A stretch of DNA of 64,000 nt from positions 744,001-808,000 of the forward strand of contig OZ218960.1 in NCBI GenBank assembly GCA_965112735.1, given 5' to 3'. Below the pieces are notes generated by a model that saw only the letters and a list, made by a program, of their open reading frames with translations, was not told the DNA's origin and did not search any database. Of the stretch, positions 1 to 11,399 are shown in pieces; positions within the stretch are counted from its first letter, which is position 1, and each line of letters begins with the position of its first letter. Position numbers and translations under genes: made by a program. The stretch comes from Phaeosaccion multiseriatum. Its lineage: Eukaryota > Protista > Ochrophyta, other classes.

Positions 1-414
1 AGGAGCAGCTTGTTCGCCGCCCGATCCCAATGTACGGGTCAGCGGGGAAGCGGCCACCACCCGCAGGCTCACGATTAGGTCAGGGGCGCTCAGACTCGGC
101 CACCGTGGAGCTTGAGCTGGAGCTGAGAGCAGGGCCGAAGGAGGCAGAGGCAGGGCAGGGGTCAGGGCCAGGGTCAGATTCTGGCTTGAGCGCGGGAAAG
201 GCGATAGGTCGTGGGGGACAGGGGATGCTGCCCCCGCCCCCGCCCTTTTCGCCTGGTTCGGCCTATGCCGCCGCCTCAGCAGGGCGTCGACACGATAAGA
301 GGGGCGACATTCACAGCAAGTTTATGGGTCTGTTCACCAAGAGTCCCATACCCAAGGCCGTCACCCGACTCCCCGGCTACGAAGTGGGGGTTATGCGGCA
401 TGGGTACTCCCACT

Positions 415-457
<43 letters not shown>

Positions 458-3400
458 ACCGAGGGAAGGCGCTTCCCACGCCGCACGTGTCGACCGCACT
501 CCTGATGCTGCTGCTGGGACTGCTGCTCATCGTCTCGACGCTGATGAAGGGATGAACCCACCTGCCCTGGGGGAGGGGTTTCTCGGAAAGGGAAGAGGAA
601 AAAGACGGGGCGAGGGACAGGGAGGGGATCACATGGCTGGGGAAAGGGGGCAGGCTGGCATGCGGAGCTGGGGCAGTGGTGGAGAGGAACAAGCGACAAC
701 GAGGAGGGTTCAGGTGGGAGGGTGCAGAGGGGAAAGGCGTGAGGGAGGCAAGGGTAGGCAAGGTGGAGCGGTGAATGATGGTGTTGGCGACGGCTCGAAT
801 GGTGAGAGCACCAACACCGGCATGCGCCATGTCCGAGTGGAGGGAGAAGGGGGGCAGGAGCGCCGCGACGATGGTGGGGAACGAGCAGCTGGAGGAGGAG
901 AAGGAGGAGGGGCGGGCGGGGTAGGGCAGGCAGGACACGCGAGGTCTGCCACACACTCTGCGGTCAGGGCGTCTGGTCCGGCAGCACGCTCAAGGGATGG
1001 GACACATCTTGATGATGAAACTCCTCCTGTGGACCATGCTCCTTCATCTGTGGCCGGCTCCAGCGGGGCGGACTCGTTTGTCGAGGTCGATTCTGTCGGC
1101 GGTGATGGGGTTGTAGGTCTTGGAGGAGGCGATGGTGGTGCCGGGGACGATGAAGAGAACCCCATCCCTGGCTTGGTTCGAGCGGGCGGTGCAGAAGGGA
1201 ATGGGCGGGTTGCATCAGCAGCAGTGGCCAAAGGAGGAGCAAAGGCCGACGAAAGGGACGGGGAGCGAAGGAGGGCGGCGGAAGCTTCAGGTGCTCAGGA
1301 GGGAGTGGCTCCGCCCACCACGGCGGAAGGGAAGGAGGGGGCACAGGAGACACATGATGGTGCGCCGCAGTCGCCCCCGCCTCCATCGCCAGTCAGGAAG
1401 CTCATGCCGAGGAGGCAGTCGCTCCAAGAGAGCAAGAAAGATGGTGCAAGGAAGGCAGGGAAGGGTGGAGCTTCTGTGTCGAGAGGGGCGGCCGCTGGAG
1501 GAGTACCAGTGCCATTGGCAGAGGCGAAAGGAGCAAAGATTGACAGAACAGCAGCAGAGAAGGCGGCGGCGGCAGTGTTGGACGAAGCACAGGTGAGTGA
1601 ACATGCTTCCGCTGCCGCTTTGGGTGTCCTCTATGCCTCCCTCTCCAACCTTTCGCTCGGCTTGCGGCGCTGAGGCTGCTATTTGGACGAATACCGTCTC
1701 CACCCGTCCTTCCATTCTCACCCACACACCATCCCTCTTCTGGCAGTCTTTTACCTCACCCGACTTGTACCTCCATAACCTTTACGCTCTCCCCACCCCC
1801 GCCCCCTCCTCCCCCGCCCCCTCTGCCTTCCTCCCCTCCCCTTCCCCCATTCTGAATCCTCCCTTTAGGTGACCGGGAGGAGCGGCAGTGGTCAGCAGCT
1901 TGATAGGGGGGGGGGGAGGGGCGCCGGAATGGAGAGTGGAAAGAAGACGGGGAGAAGGAGAGGCCAAGATGGAGGAAAGAAGGGAGAAGGTGGGGTAAAC
2001 ATGGAGGATGGAGAGGAGGGGGACGAGCCACAGCCCAAGCGACGAAGGCAGCAGGAAAACAAAGGAGGAGGAGAGGAAAGCGCGTCGAGACGGCGGACCA
2101 GCACTGCTGAGAAGGGGAAAGGCTTGGCCAGAGAGGAGCAGAGGAAGGAGAGAAGCAGGGAGAAGAAGACAGAGAAGAAGGAGAAGGAGAGGAAGAAGAA
2201 GGGGGAGGAGAACGGAGGGGAACGCCCTGCGGAAGGTCCCGAGGAGGGACCCGATGAGGAAGAGGGTGGTAAAGTGGCACTGTCCGAGGCCGAGACTATC
2301 GCCGCTGCAGGGGCGGCCGCGGCGGCAATAGCTCTTCAGGAGGACAACCTGGACTCATCCACCGTCGCTGCTGCTGTATCACCAACTGCTACTTCTGCGG
2401 CAGCCGCTGCTGCTGTTGGTAGTGCGGCTTTTGCACGTAGTGTTGCGGGTGTTGTTGCTGCTGCTGCTGCTGCTATGGAGCCCTCGAGACGAGGCAAGAA
2501 GACTCCTTCCAAGGGCAAAAAGGCCCCGTGGCGGAGTCCGCGCAAGAGTGCCATGCCCACGACTCGGAGGAGCGCCCCTTTCGAGAGACCCTCCAGCACC
2601 ACCCGCTCTGCAGCGGCAAGAGCAGCAGCAGCAGCAGCTGCTGCTGCAGCAGGAGCAGTTGGTGGTACGGCAGGGGCAGCGGTAGGTGGTGATACAGCAG
2701 CAGTCGTCAAGGAGGGGAGCGACAGTGCGAATACACTCAAAGACTGCAGAACAAGCGGCAGCGGAGGCACCAGGAGCAATAGTAGTGGGGGAACGGCGAG
2801 AAACAGACAGAGTGGGGCGTTGCTAACAGTAGTAGGAGCAGCAGGAGGAGCAGGAGGAGGAGGAGGAGGAGGCGCGTCGCCGCCGCCATCGGAAACGGCT
2901 CAGTTGGGTAGGGGGAGAGGACGCAAGGCAGTGGGAGAGATCCCAAGGAAAGCAGCATCACCAATGCAGTCATCGGCGGGAAGTCCTCGGTTAGTAAGAC
3001 AAGCAGCAGCACCAGTTGGTGATACAGCAGCAGCAAATATGGCAAATTGGTTAGAGCCGCGGCCGGCAAGAGCAAGCGGAGAGCAAAAGGGAGAAGGAAG
3101 AGGTGGAGGACGAGAGGGAGGGAGGGAGGGGGTTGGCATGGCAAAAGGTAGAAGCAAGGACGCCCCGGTCAGTGTGCTGATGGGCACGGGAGAGGGCAAG
3201 AGTCTGCCCACTAAGGCCAAGGCCAAGGCTAAGGCGGGCCTCAGATCAGCGTCCAAGGGCGCCGTGCGGCGAAAGAGCCTGTTGGAGAAGGGAGACACGG
3301 TTCGGCAGCAACAGCAGCAGCAGCAGTTGGTGATTCAGCAGCAGGGAGGAGAAGGCAAAGGGCGGGAGGAAGCCACGCTCAGCGCTTCCTCTGCTGCCTC

Positions 3401-6079
3401 TACCACCGCTGCCGCAGCTGCCTCCCCCCTGCTGAAGACCCAGAAAGAGGTACCTTCCAACGTTGAAGGTGAGCAAAAGACGTCCCACCCACCCGCGCTC
3501 ACAAGCGTCGTTCACGTCGGGCATGTGGGTGGGCGACCGGTCCAATGCATTGCCAAGGGGACCGTCCTATACAAGTGTATCAGATAGAGAGTCTGCGCTC
3601 TGCCTGGTGACGGCGATGGTGATGATGAATTGACGCCCACACCTTCCCCCACCTCATACCTTCTCTCCCGCCGTGCTTGCTTGTTGTATGTTATGCAGGA
3701 TCAAGGGGAGAAAAGAGAGGAAAGGGAAAGAGGAAGGGTGCCACCAGTCCGGGGATACGGCCTGTCGCCGGAGACTCCCTTGATGCCCTCTCTTGCGGTG
3801 GCAGTGGTGTCGCGACAAAGCCGAGCGCCTCCTCCTCCTCCTCGTCGTCCTCGCTCACCAGCAAGAGCAGCAGCAGAAGCAGTAGAACCAGCAGAACCAG
3901 CGCGGATGGGCGACTGCGGACCGGGGGTGGCCGCACCAGTGGTACTGGTAGCAGTGGTAGTACGCGTGGGGCCAGCGCATCTACGACGGAAACCCTCTCG
4001 CCCCTGTCCACTTCGAGGCCTTCGTCGGGAGGGAAGGGACGGCAGCGAGGGCTGGCGGCATTGACGACATTGACGACTGGTAGCGTCTTAGGTCTTGCTA
4101 CGCCTTCGCCAAAGCGCGGAAACACGCCCCCTGCTGCTCGGACCAAATCTGCGAAAGGCTCGTCGTCCACTACTTCGCGTACAGCCACCACCCCTCCTGC
4201 TGCTGCTGCTGCTGCTGTATCACCAACTGGTGCTGCTGCTCCTGGTCGACTGGCTGTGGTTCAAACGGAGGAAAGCAAGAGAGGAGGAGGACGACCAGAA
4301 GAGGAGGCACGGGAAGGAGAAGGAAGAGGAGGAGCAAGGACCGGGAAAGAAGGGGCGGCGGGAGGGGGAGGAGGAACAGAAAAACATGTGTGGGAGAGCT
4401 TGAGGACGATGGCGAAGGCAGCAGCTGGCGACGACGAGGAGGAGGAGGAGGAGGAGGAGAAGAAGGGGGAGGAAAAGGAGAGAGGGGGGGGGGGAGGCAG
4501 TCGTGTGGAGCAACGGGGCCCTGAGATCGCTGCCGAGGTGGGGGAGGAGAAGCGAGAGCGAGAGGAAGGAGCCGAGGGAGGCAATGATGGCCCTGCACCG
4601 GGACGGCAGGTCAGAGACCGAAGGAGGTCAAAGCCGATGGCCACTCCTACGCCAGCAGCAGCCTCTCTGTCTCCCTCTACACCTACTGTACCTTCTGGAC
4701 CCTCCGCGTCGTCCAAGAGTAAGGCAACAACAGGGAGGCCCAGGGGGGGGGGGAGACCGAGGAAGAACCCTCCACTGTCTGTGCTGCAGCAGCAGCAGCG
4801 GCAGCAGCAGTTGGTGGTACAGCAGGAGCAACAGCAGCAGTCACAGCAGCAGGAGGAGGAGTCAAAGCCGGAGCTTGGTACGGTTGAGAAGAAGAGAAGG
4901 GGGAGGAAAGTGCAAAAGGAGAAGGAGAAGGAGAAGGGTGCTGTGGGTGCCAAGGGATCCGTCGGTGGTGACGCCAATCATATGCAGCAGGGGGGGGGGC
5001 TGAAGACACCGCGTAGGGGCCGCAAAGATGATGGTGATGATGATGATGATGATGATGATGATGAGATGGAAGAAGATGAGCTTGTCGTCAAACGCACAAG
5101 GAGTGGGCGGAAGTCCATGCCGGTGCTTGATTGGTGGAGAGGGCAGCGGCTGAGCCAGGACAGCGAGGGAGGCACTGCGGGAGTAGAGGACGGTACACCG
5201 GAACGTGGCTTGATGGGGGGGGGCAAAGGAGTCGTCAAGAGGAGGAAAGGGGGCAGGAAGGTGGAGACGGGCCAGGACGAGGACAGCGAACAGGAGAACA
5301 AGAATAAGAAGAGGAGGAGGAACAACAACAGCAAGAAGAAGAAGAAGCAGGAGGAGAAGGAGGAGGAGGAGGAGGAGGAGGAGGAGGAGGAGGAGGAAGG
5401 GGGAGGGCACGAGTATGAGGAGTCAGGTGATGGGCTGGGAAGGCCGTCATTGCGGAGGAGGCTAACGCGAGAGCGTGGCATTACAGCTGCCGTCCTCCCT
5501 ACCGGCGCCCCGCCCCCACCTGCTGCTGCTGCTGCTGCTGCTCCTGCCACCGGCAAGATGGCAGTCAATACTCGTGGGCGCTCTGCCGGTGGTAGTGGTG
5601 GTGGTGGTGGTGGTGGTGGTGTCGGTGGTGGTGCTGGCAGTGGGGGTAGCAGTGGGGGTAGCACGGTAATGGAGTGGACGGACGATGCCATTAGGGCCCT
5701 GAGCAAAGCGCATATGGCCACGGACACGAGAACGAGGAGCTTCTGGGCAGAGGTGGCGAAGCAGGTGGAAGGAAGGTGAGGGTTGACTTGAGTTGGGGGG
5801 GGAGGGAGGGAGGGAGGAGAGGGGAGAGGAGGGGAGGGAGGGAAGGAGAAGGAAGGGGAGGGGAGGGAGGAACAGTCGGAGGTCGAGGGGAGGGGTGGAG
5901 TGGGTGCTCTGGCACATTCTCTCTCGGAGCACATCTTGGCGTCAATTGATGGGAACGAACAGGAACGGGGCAGGCGTAGGCTTGCTGCCCCTGTGGTCTT
6001 CACACTTATCCTGTACACCGCATTGCCCTCCCCTCCTTGCCTTGCCGTACCCCGCCCTGTCGTTCGTTGTTTGCGATCG

Positions 6080-6110
<31 letters not shown>

Positions 6111-7286
6111 TTTGTCTTGTCTATGTTGTCGATTTGTTGTTTCAGGACCGCTCGTGAGTGTCAAGATCAGTGGTTTGCCAAGTTGGATATGCAAGCCACC
6201 GCAGCTCGATCGGGCAAAGGGACGGCAGCCAAAGGGGCAGGGAAAGGAAAAGGGAAAGGGGCAGCCAAAGGGAAAGGGAAAGGGGGAGAAAGGAAGGTCA
6301 AAGCTGAGGGTGACAAGCAGGGGGAGGAGGGTGTAGCAGACACAGCCACAGCAGCGCCAGCGACAAAGGGGGGGGCATCTGCTTGTGAGGCACTTGACAC
6401 CACGGAAGGAATAGGGGGGGTAGGAGGCGAGGGGAAGAAGGAGAAGAAGAAGGGCCTAAGCCTCGGCCGCCTCCAAACCAAGGAGAGAAGCAAGTTCCTC
6501 CAGACGCAGTTTACAGGCTCTGACGATCTCTTTGCCAAGACGCCGGTGGCGGCAAGAAAGAGGAAACGGGCACAGGCAATCAAGACGAGCGGCAACGAGA
6601 ATGAGAACGAGAGAGAGGACGAAGAGGGAGGGGCGGGGGAAGGGGCGTTGGCCTTCTACCGCGACGGGGGTGGGGAGTCCACGCTGCCCGATCTCACCCC
6701 CGTCCTGCCTACCACAGCCAAGAAGAAAGCCCGCCGCAGGGGCTTGCTGACTTCAGGGAGCGAGGGTGAAGAGGAGGAGGAGGAGGATGAGGAGGAGGAC
6801 GGGAGTGGACCGCGTGGTGGTCACAACCCCCGAGGGACGGCTGCTGCTGCTGGTGGTGGTGGAGGTGGTGGTAGCGTGGTGGATATCGCTGGCTACAATA
6901 GAGGAGTCAGCCGAACGTATATTGCAGCCGTGTCGAAGAAGCTCAATGCCAAGCCGGGAAGGGGGAGGGGAAAGAGAAAGACGGCACCAGGGAGGACCCA
7001 GAAGGACGCCATCGGAGGGGGGGGAGGACGCAAGGCTGGCGGTGGTGGTGGCGCCGCTACCAGTGTTGCGAGGTCTTTGGCGAAGGTCCGTGCGAAGGTC
7101 AAGGACACTTCGGAGGCAGGGGGTTTCCGTCTCAACGCTTCGGTGGCGCCCTCGGGACATGTCCACGTGGAGGCAGAAGCCGCCGAGAGTGATATGGAGG
7201 CGGAGGAGGAGAGGAGGGGCGGCAGTAGTAGTAGTAGTAGTAGTAGTGGTAACAGTAGTAGCAGTAGCAGTAGTGATGGTGAGTGA
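1..7286 (+). CDS. KNL2: KNL2/Mis18BP1-like centromere licensing protein (5' end outside window); exons <1-1592, 1869-3468, 3699-5775, 6146-7286
   Basis: The reading frame is open from the window start and the three GT-AG introns are phase-consistent. Motifs: CENP-C-like RTRSGRKSMPVLDWWRGQRL (~5093-5152); SANT/Myb domain EWTDDAIRALSKAH...FWAEVAKQVEGR|TARECQDQWF split by intron 5776-6145; FLQTQFTGSDDLFAKTP, resembling the DDFFSTTP motif of M18BP1. The SANTA domain is not seen and is expected upstream of the window. Confidence 0.75.
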
Positions 7287-7508
7287 AGCGAGAAGCGAGC
7301 GACACATGGATGGGTGGATGGACTGGATGGGTGGCAATGGATGGATCGCCCCCGAAGATGGGCAACTTATTCAGGGGATACGGCGAACAAACGAGCGGGT
7401 GAGGAGGGTAAATAACCGGGAGACCGGTGTTGTTGATACTCCATGGCACTGATCAATTTTTTATCTATTGATGACCGGTTTTGGTGGGGCGAGATGCCCC
7501 ACTCGGTG

Positions 7509-7570
7509 AAAGTGGGTATTTTTAGTACCCAATTTTTTTAAAAGTGGGTATTTTTAGTACAGTACCCAAT
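7509..7570. repeat. Duplicated 20-bp subterminal repeat AAAGTGGGTATTTTTAGTAC
   Basis: Exact copies at 7509-7528 and 7541-7560, with a TGGGTA...TACCCA dyad. Confidence 0.85.
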
Positions 7571-7708
7571 ATGGACCAGTAGCGCCCCTCCCCCCCCCCC
7601 TCCTTTTTGGTGTATCTCTCCCCTCCTCCTCCAAAATATACTACGCTATGATATGACGATTTAATGGTATTACCACGATAACAATGGTATTCATATTTAC
7701 AGACACAC

Positions 7709-8093
7709 TTAGTGTCCGTCCTCAATCATGCATGGCATACAGTAGTAGTCAAAATCGCCTTCCGCAAAACCCTTGCTGTCGCAAAACTCGACGGTGCACA
7801 TGTGGTGCACGAGGTTTCCACACGCTCTTTCGGATGGGCAGAGGAACAGCTTGACTTGCGAGGGCTTAGTACAGCCATACGAGCATGTGAAGGCCATGTC
7901 TCCCTCTCTCAAGCCGCCCAACGACGGCGCTGCTGACGCGGCAGCAGCGGCAGTAGCGGCCGCAGCGGCCGCATCAGAGGCAGCAGCAGAAGCAGCATCA
8001 GAAGCAGTACCAGTACCAGTACGCTGTTTTTTTTGGGCCCCCCTTCCCCCACCCCTTCCTCCTCGTCCTCCTCCGGCTCCGCCTCCTCCTGTT

Positions 8094-8130
<37 letters not shown>

Positions 8131-10772
8131 TGCTGCTGCCACCTCCCTCCTCGTCGTCCTCTGCACCGCTATCACCTCCATCCCCCTCCTTCGACTCGTC
8201 TGCACCAGTGCCACTTTCCTTCGCCCTCGCCCGCTTCGCCCGTTTTTTCGCGTCCGCCTGCTGCGCGCTCCATAAATTATACACGGTGGTCCACACCAGC
8301 TGATTGAAGCGGCGCTTGTGAGAATCAGAACGAGACTTGATGTCAAAGGCGTCTTTGACTGCGTCAAACATGCTTCGCGCTTCTTCAAGCGTCGGCTTGT
8401 CCTTCCAGAGCCCCTTTTCTTTCGCCGCGGATTCAATCGCACCCATCAAACAGCAAAATTTTGACATCCTTCGCTTCTCCGCCCTCCCCTGCACGTCTGC
8501 TGTCGTGAATTCTCGAAGGCGAGGAGTGCCTGTCATCCAAGCATCCCAAGCAGCGCGCACAGTGAAGCTAGGGACCTCAAAGTGCTCGGGAAGGGTATGC
8601 CACCGGCCGTTGTAGAGATACAGAGGTGGCTGATCTGCACCTGCACAAGAAGAAGAAGAGGGCGGGGCGCTGCTCGAACCCTCACCAAGGCCCAGAGTGC
8701 CTGCCTGGTGAGCCGCGAGAAGGTCGCTGAGCCCACTCTTAGAAAAGGCTGCGTCGAGGGTCGTCTGCAGGGCCCTGCTCACACCCAGACTGGTGACAGT
8801 GCCAGAGGCCTGTGCATTCTCCTCCAGAACGTCACGGATCAGCGTCTCCAAGTCGACCTTGATCGTCTGGCCCAACACCTCAAGCTTGCCGCCTAGAGAG
8901 GCCACGCTGTCCGCCACGACTTGGAATTGCCTCAGCTGCACGACGTGGTGAGGAATCCCGGTTGCAGAAATCTCGTCCGTCTCGTCCGGATACTTCAGCA
9001 CGACATGCTCTGAAAGGTCCGCCAGCAACCTTTGATCTCGGAAGAGCTGTGTCGTGAAAAGAGGGTGATTCTCCTGAAGAGTGCTGCGCAGAAAGCCGGC
9101 GTGGTACACCACACTGGCAAGACAGAATTCAGCCACCTTCCTCAATCTCAGCGGCACGTCCCTGAAGCAGCTCACAATGGCTCCCGCGAGCACGTCTTCA
9201 ATGCCCTCCTTCGCTGTGCCGTCCACCTTGAGGCGCTGAAAAAAGGGAGGAAGCAATGCAAACTCCTTCGCTGAGATGTTCGCGCCGGAGGCAGCCCGGC
9301 CCACATACTGATCTGCTGCATTGATGGGGTTGAAGTAGATGCCCTGCACGCCGGGAAGAGACCATCCCATTCGAAGTTGCACAGCAATTGGGTTGGGAGC
9401 AGCGGACGAGCCGCTTGTGACGTGCGAGGCAGCGCCCTTGCGCCCAGAATGAGTGCCGAGGTCCTCTGGAGTCAGCCCCATGCCTTCCAAAATGGACGAG
9501 TTCGCCGCCGCCGTACGTCTGAGGAAGCCGCAATACCTATCGTACTGATTGTTGCCAGCGAACAGCGCGTTCTTCTCAAAACCAAAGCTCAGGAGGTAAA
9601 CACCAAGCGCGAGGACGGGGCAGATCTCCGGCATGATTGGATTCGCGTAGACGTGGCGAGGATGTCGGGCCTTCTCTCCCAGCTGATCGCCCTTTTGCTT
9701 CCCAAAATAGACGCAGAGCGCGTCCCCCTTCCACTCGAGATGATCGAGACAAATCTCCACACAGTTGGTGGCGCGGCACATCAGATTCCAGGAGAGAACG
9801 AGGAAGGGGTGGCCAAAGGCGCCCTGTCTGTGCCCGTTCTCACAGACTGCCGAGCTCAGCATTGCTGCGATGTACACAAGCGAAGGAAACAGTGGCAACC
9901 AAAGACGGCGTCAGGGCTAGGAAGTGAGTGGGGGGCATTCAATGCATCAGCCACTTGTCTCCACCCACTCCACTAGTTTCCACTGTCCACTGACTCCACA
10001 CAGCTGGGAATTTACCTTTGGCAAGAGCGCGGTAGAGAGCGAACGGCATGGGAGCCTTCCCTTCTCTGACTTCGACATTTCCCTCCTGCTTCTCTCCTGC
10101 GATCGTCCTCTTCAGCCCCTTGGTGAGCGTCGCAAGGTCGCTTTGCAATTTGCGGTGCTGTTCCTCCTGATGGTAGTCTCTGTACAGATTGAAGAGTGCA
10201 GAGCGTTTCGACTGTGCACCGGCCTTGGATAAGCCCTTCGGCCCCTTCTTGACTTCAAGCAGCCACCCGAAGAACGCGTCGGCTGTCAGCAGATGGAACA
10301 GCAAAGGGTGCGGCGCCCGAGGTGCTTGGATCAAGTGTGCCTTCACCCGCTTCGTCCACTGCGCCTCAGCCTTCTTCTTGGCCTTTGCTTGGGCTTTCGC
10401 TGCTCTCGACACCTCAGCCGGCGTCTGCTGTGCCGCTGCAGTGGCACCACCCGCTCCGCCAGGTGCGGCGGCTGCTGCGGCTGCTGCTGCTCTCCTCTGT
10501 GCTTCCTCCTCTTCCCCATCTTCCCCGTCTTCCTCCTCTTCCCCTTCCGGTGGAGCAAATGCTGTCCTGAAGTCAGGGTCCAGAAGCTCCGGGTGCTTGC
10601 GGAAGAGGTATCGGATCAGCATGGTGGAGGCGCATGCATATCCACTTCTCGAGCGTGGGGCGATGGTGTTGTTTCGGAGGTTCTGAATCTGCTGCTGCTC
10701 TGCAGTAAGCGGTGCTTCTTCCCCCTCTGCTGCTGGTGCTTCCGGAACCGTAGCAACAGCGACGTCAGCCAT
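7709..10772 (-). CDS. Crypton tyrosine recombinase with C-terminal PHD-like finger, 970 aa; exons 10772-10016 and 9864-7709
   Basis: Two ORFs join in frame across a 151-bp GT-AG intron (10015-9865), giving ...LYRALAKAMLSSAV...GHPFLVLSWNLMCR. The catalytic set is intact: R (NLMCR), K (KQKGDQ), HxxR (DLGTHSGRKGAA), W (LRMGW), Y (GVQGIY). Confidence 0.88.
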
Positions 10773-10953
10773 GGTATGCTCTGTTCTCCTGCAAATTCAC
10801 GTGGGAGATGCCCCTCCCACCACTGGCATCAGCTGTTACAGCCGGGTATCGTCCGCGCAGCCGCTGCTCCTCTTACATAGCTGCCCTGTGCAAATATGCT
10901 GATGCTGTGAATGAATAAAAATCCATGTGGGGAGGGGGGGGAGAATGCCCCAC

Positions 10954-10989
10954 AACCAAAAAATATTGGATAACCAAAAAATATTGGAT
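10954..10989. repeat. Tandem 18-bp subterminal repeat AACCAAAAAATATTGGAT x2
   Basis: Exact copies at 10954-10971 and 10972-10989, with a CCAA...TTGG dyad. Confidence 0.85.
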
Positions 10990-11399
10990 AAAAAACTTGA
11001 AAAACGAGCATTTGTGGCCCATAAAATATCCAAAACCATAATTTCGTGGGGCAGGTGCCCCACATCACGGTACTATTAGACATACGGACTACAGAGAACT
11101 GAAATTAAATGTGATGAATCGACCAAAAATGATCTGCGAAGAATGCACACACCCTCGCACCCACTCACCACCATAGGACCATAAGACTCTGTGCCTTCAC
11201 CTCCCCATAAGACTCTCTATGTCTCCAGGTCCCTCGGTCAACGCGACGTGTGCAGGGGCGCCACTGCTCGCGAGCCTCTCCCTTCATCATGTGTCATGCA
11301 TGTGCGTGTGTGTGTGCGTGTGTGTGTGCGTGCGTGGGTGCGTACCAGCTTCTTTCTCAGGCACTGACCCACTGACCGTGTAAGTACACGACAAGCCCG

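Larger units (their letters stand above)
7484..11063 (-). mobile_element. Crypton (CryptonS-like) tyrosine-recombinase DNA transposon; boundaries approximate
   Basis: A single YR gene lies between AT-rich flanks that carry subterminal tandem repeats. Related palindromes sit at 7484-7502 and 11046-11063. No long TIRs, LTRs or reverse transcriptase are present. Confidence 0.75.

Noticed and set aside
9865-9920. Alternative acceptor (CTAG at 9917) or two separate Crypton genes
   Set aside because: That acceptor leads to a stop within 26 codons. The acceptor at 9865 gives a continuous frame matching the family motif.
7709-10772. Prophage or bacterial integrase, or DIRS retrotransposon
   Set aside because: The gene has a spliceosomal intron and host-type microsatellites, and there are no RT/RNase H, gag or phage genes. 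The motifs fit Crypton.
7570-11040. TATGG terminal direct repeats reported for CryptonS
   Set aside because: TATGG at 7570 and CCATA at 11019 and 11036 are in opposite orientation, and no same-strand pair was found, so they were not used to set boundaries.
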